From Candidatus Levyibacteriota bacterium (GTDB lineage: Bacteria; Patescibacteriota; Microgenomatia; Levybacterales; UBA12049), in assembly GCA_963790825.1 (NCBI GenBank), contig CAWBPM010000003.1:189681-253680 (forward strand): a stretch of DNA of 64,000 nt. Reading direction: 5' to 3'. The notes under the pieces were generated by a model. The model was not told where the DNA came from, searched no databases, and worked only from the letters and a program-made list of their open reading frames with translations. Position numbers and translations under genes: made by a program. Each line of letters starts with the position of its first letter. Position 1 is the stretch's first letter. This document shows, piece by piece, positions 61,843-64,000 of the stretch.

Positions 61843-63537
61843 TTAAACTTCGATGACAACCGGTAGAACAAGCGGGCGGCGGCGGAGTTTTTTAAAGATA
61901 TGCTTACCCGCAGTGTCGCTAATTATTTTGCGGATATGTATCCAACTGCTGACATGACCTTTTCGCCGGGACATTATTTCCCGAATTTCCCGACTCAGCG
62001 TTTTCTTTAAACCCGCGGCTTCATTCGTAGAGAATCCTCTGCAGACGAGTTCCGGTTCCTGTATTACCTGACCATTTTCCGCGGCAATCTCAACCATCAG
62101 AATAACGATGCCGTCTTTTGCTAATTTTTCCCGGTCCCTCAGAACAAAGCTTTCTACTTCTTCTCCTGATATCTGGTCGACGTAGACATTTTTCGTCTCA
62201 ATCTTTTTGCCAAATTTGACTAGGTTTTTCGAGAAAATAACTTCCTGACCATTGGCAACAAGAAAAATATCTGAATCCTTGTAGCCTACTTTTTTCGCGA
62301 GTTTTTCATATGCGACCATCTGTTTATAATTTCCGCTGATGGGAAGGACATACTTCGATCTAACCAGGGACATCAAAAGCATTAAATCCCACGAAGACCC
62401 ATGTCCTGAAACGTGGAACGAGTCGGAAATTTGCGAATATAATACCCTTGCACCTCTTTTCGCAATCGCATCAATCAGTGAGTTAACGGATACTTCATTC
62501 CCGGGAATCGGATCCGAGGAAAAAATGACAACGTCCTGGGGGCTCAGTTTTATATCCTGATGCTCGCCATTTGCAATCCTGGTCATCGCTGAGTTTTCCT
62601 GTCCTTGACTTCCGGCAACCATTAACATAATTTGATTATCGTGATAGTTTTTTAAATCATTGATTTCTACCTCTGTTCCATCATGCATATGTAAATAACC
62701 CAGATCTTGCCCAATTGTTTTTGTCTTTATTAGCGATCTGCCAACGAAGCATACTTTCCGTTTGTATTTCTCCGCAGCCTGGATTGCTTGATTTAGACGT
62801 GAAAGGTTTGAAGAATAGGTTGTCACAATAAATTTTCCCGTGCAATCCCGCATTTCCCGATCAAAACTTTCAGACAGCGCTTCTTCTGACGGGGTATGCC
62901 CTGCTCGTTCCGCACCCAGACAGTCGGACATGAGACACAGTATATCGTTCTGTTCTGCCTGGACAATTTTTTCAAATTCTGTTTTTTTGCCGTCAGCCGG
63001 AGTAAGATCAAATTTAAAATCACTGCCATGATAGAAGCTTCCTGCCGGCGTTTTAATGATGATATTACTACTATCGGGAACAGAGTGAGTAATACGCAGA
63101 AAAGAAACAGTAAAGCTACCGATTTTTATATCGTTGCTGCCAAACGGCACGGAATTTATCTGGGAGGGAAGTTTAAAATCTTTCAATTTCTCGTTTGCCA
63201 AGGCTGCAGTTAAAGGAGTTGTAAATATGGGAAATTGGGGCAGTTGTGGCAAAATATAGGGCAGTGCTCCGATATGATCTTCATGACCATGTGTCAGAAG
63301 CATGCCGACAATTTTTTTCTTCGTAGTTAATAGATAACTAATATCCGGCAGTAATAAGTCAACTCCGAGCATTGTTTCGTCAGCAAATCCCAATCCGCAA
63401 TCGACAATCAGTATCTCCTCCCCATATTCATAGAGATACATATTCCGGGTTACCTGCTCGAGTCCCCCGAGCGGAATAAAAGAGACAGTAGGTTCCAGAG
63501 AATTTGTTATTGAAGAAATCGGGTTATTTTGATCCAT
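61843..63537 (-). CDS. rnj: Ribonuclease J
   Basis: PLGGL, THGHEDHIG, HSVPD, GSQGQ, HVSGH. Confidence 0.97.
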   Translation of the reverse strand: MDQNNPISSITNSLEPTVSFIPLGGLEQVTRNMYLYEYGEEILIVDCGLGFADETMLGVDLLLPDISYLLTTKKKIVGMLLTHGHEDHIGALPYILPQLPQFPIFTTPLTAALANEKLKDFKLPSQINSVPFGSNDIKIGSFTVSFLRITHSVPDSSNIIIKTPAGSFYHGSDFKFDLTPADGKKTEFEKIVQAEQNDILCLMSDCLGAERAGHTPSEEALSESFDREMRDCTGKFIVTTYSSNLSRLNQAIQAAEKYKRKVCFVGRSLIKTKTIGQDLGYLHMHDGTEVEINDLKNYHDNQIMLMVAGSQGQENSAMTRIANGEHQDIKLSPQDVVIFSSDPIPGNEVSVNSLIDAIAKRGARVLYSQISDSFHVSGHGSSWDLMLLMSLVRSKYVLPISGNYKQMVAYEKLAKKVGYKDSDIFLVANGQEVIFSKNLVKFGKKIETKNVYVDQISGEEVESFVLRDREKLAKDGIVILMVEIAAENGQVIQEPELVCRGFSTNEAAGLKKTLSREIREIMSRRKGHVSSWIHIRKIISDTAGKHIFKKLRRRPLVLPVVIEV

Positions 63538-63635
63538 GGTTATTTTTCTATTTCACTTTCTGTCCAGAGCGAGGAAGCTCGTAAGTGCTTATGTTTATAG
63601 TATACACTTTCTTAGATAAGAAGACAAGAGCATAA

Positions 63636-64000
63636 CTACCACTCCGGCAGAAAATGTTTCATATTATCAGACGATATCGTTACTGTGGTTGCAGCTCCGG
63701 TCACGATCTGCATCGCTGCCTTCCTGCACATGTTGGAGAGAAGCCGGTCCAAACCTCGAACACCCGGATCGTATCCCAGAGGTCTAACTAACGGTGCCCA
63801 AACATCTTCGGTAATGGTAAGCTGTTCCGGCAACAGTCCTGTACTTTTCTTGGTTTTTGGTAATATATAATCTCTGCCGATGACGATTTTTTCTTCATCA
63901 CTGTAGGAGGGCATGTGAATAATTTCCAGACGATCCAACACAGCCGTAGCAACGCTATTAATATTATTTGCAGTAGCAACAAAAATCACATCCTGCAGAT
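63636..64000 (-). CDS. Lon-like AAA+ ATPase, 3' part; ends without a protease domain
   Basis: DLQDVIFVATAN..LDRLEII..YSDEEK..PGVRGLDR, then stop. Confidence 0.8.
   Translation of the reverse strand, partial: LQDVIFVATANNINSVATAVLDRLEIIHMPSYSDEEKIVIGRDYILPKTKKSTGLLPEQLTITEDVWAPLVRPLGYDPGVRGLDRLLSNMCRKAAMQIVTGAATTVTISSDNMKHFLPEW

Overview
This is a bacterial chromosome segment (genetic code 11). Its gene content suggests Patescibacteria (CPR), probably Microgenomates-like; that placement is inferred from the short AlaRS, the Lon lacking a protease domain, the split str operon and the surface-protein signatures. Most of the window is housekeeping: secA, serS, rpsT, murJ, groES/EL, lepA, rpsG/L, rpoB/C, alaS, mltG, ftsK and rnj. 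Mixed in are three toxin-antitoxin modules, two apparently identical IS481-like elements with 5-bp target duplications, and short palindromic repeats, some inserted in frame in genes. The main candidate for an undescribed system is a ~13 kb AT-rich island (5292-18389) bounded by a 64-bp direct repeat that includes the 3' end of secA. It encodes two divergent methionyl-tRNA synthetase paralogs around a CobD-like PLP enzyme, an amidohydrolase, a group II decarboxylase and a nucleotidyltransferase. Facing these is a Sat/CysC (PAPS synthesis)-DUF2061-beta-propeller unit, and a methyltransferase and a MenAT-like pair sit at the left end. The layout resembles clusters for sulfur-containing aaRS-directed metabolites. 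Other points of note are a 19-aa Lys-rich micropeptide with its own promoter, strong SD and terminator, a 1-nt frameshift just before the catalytic NADFDGD of rpoC, and rifampicin-resistance-type residues in rpoB. All functional calls come from motifs recognised by eye; no searches were run.
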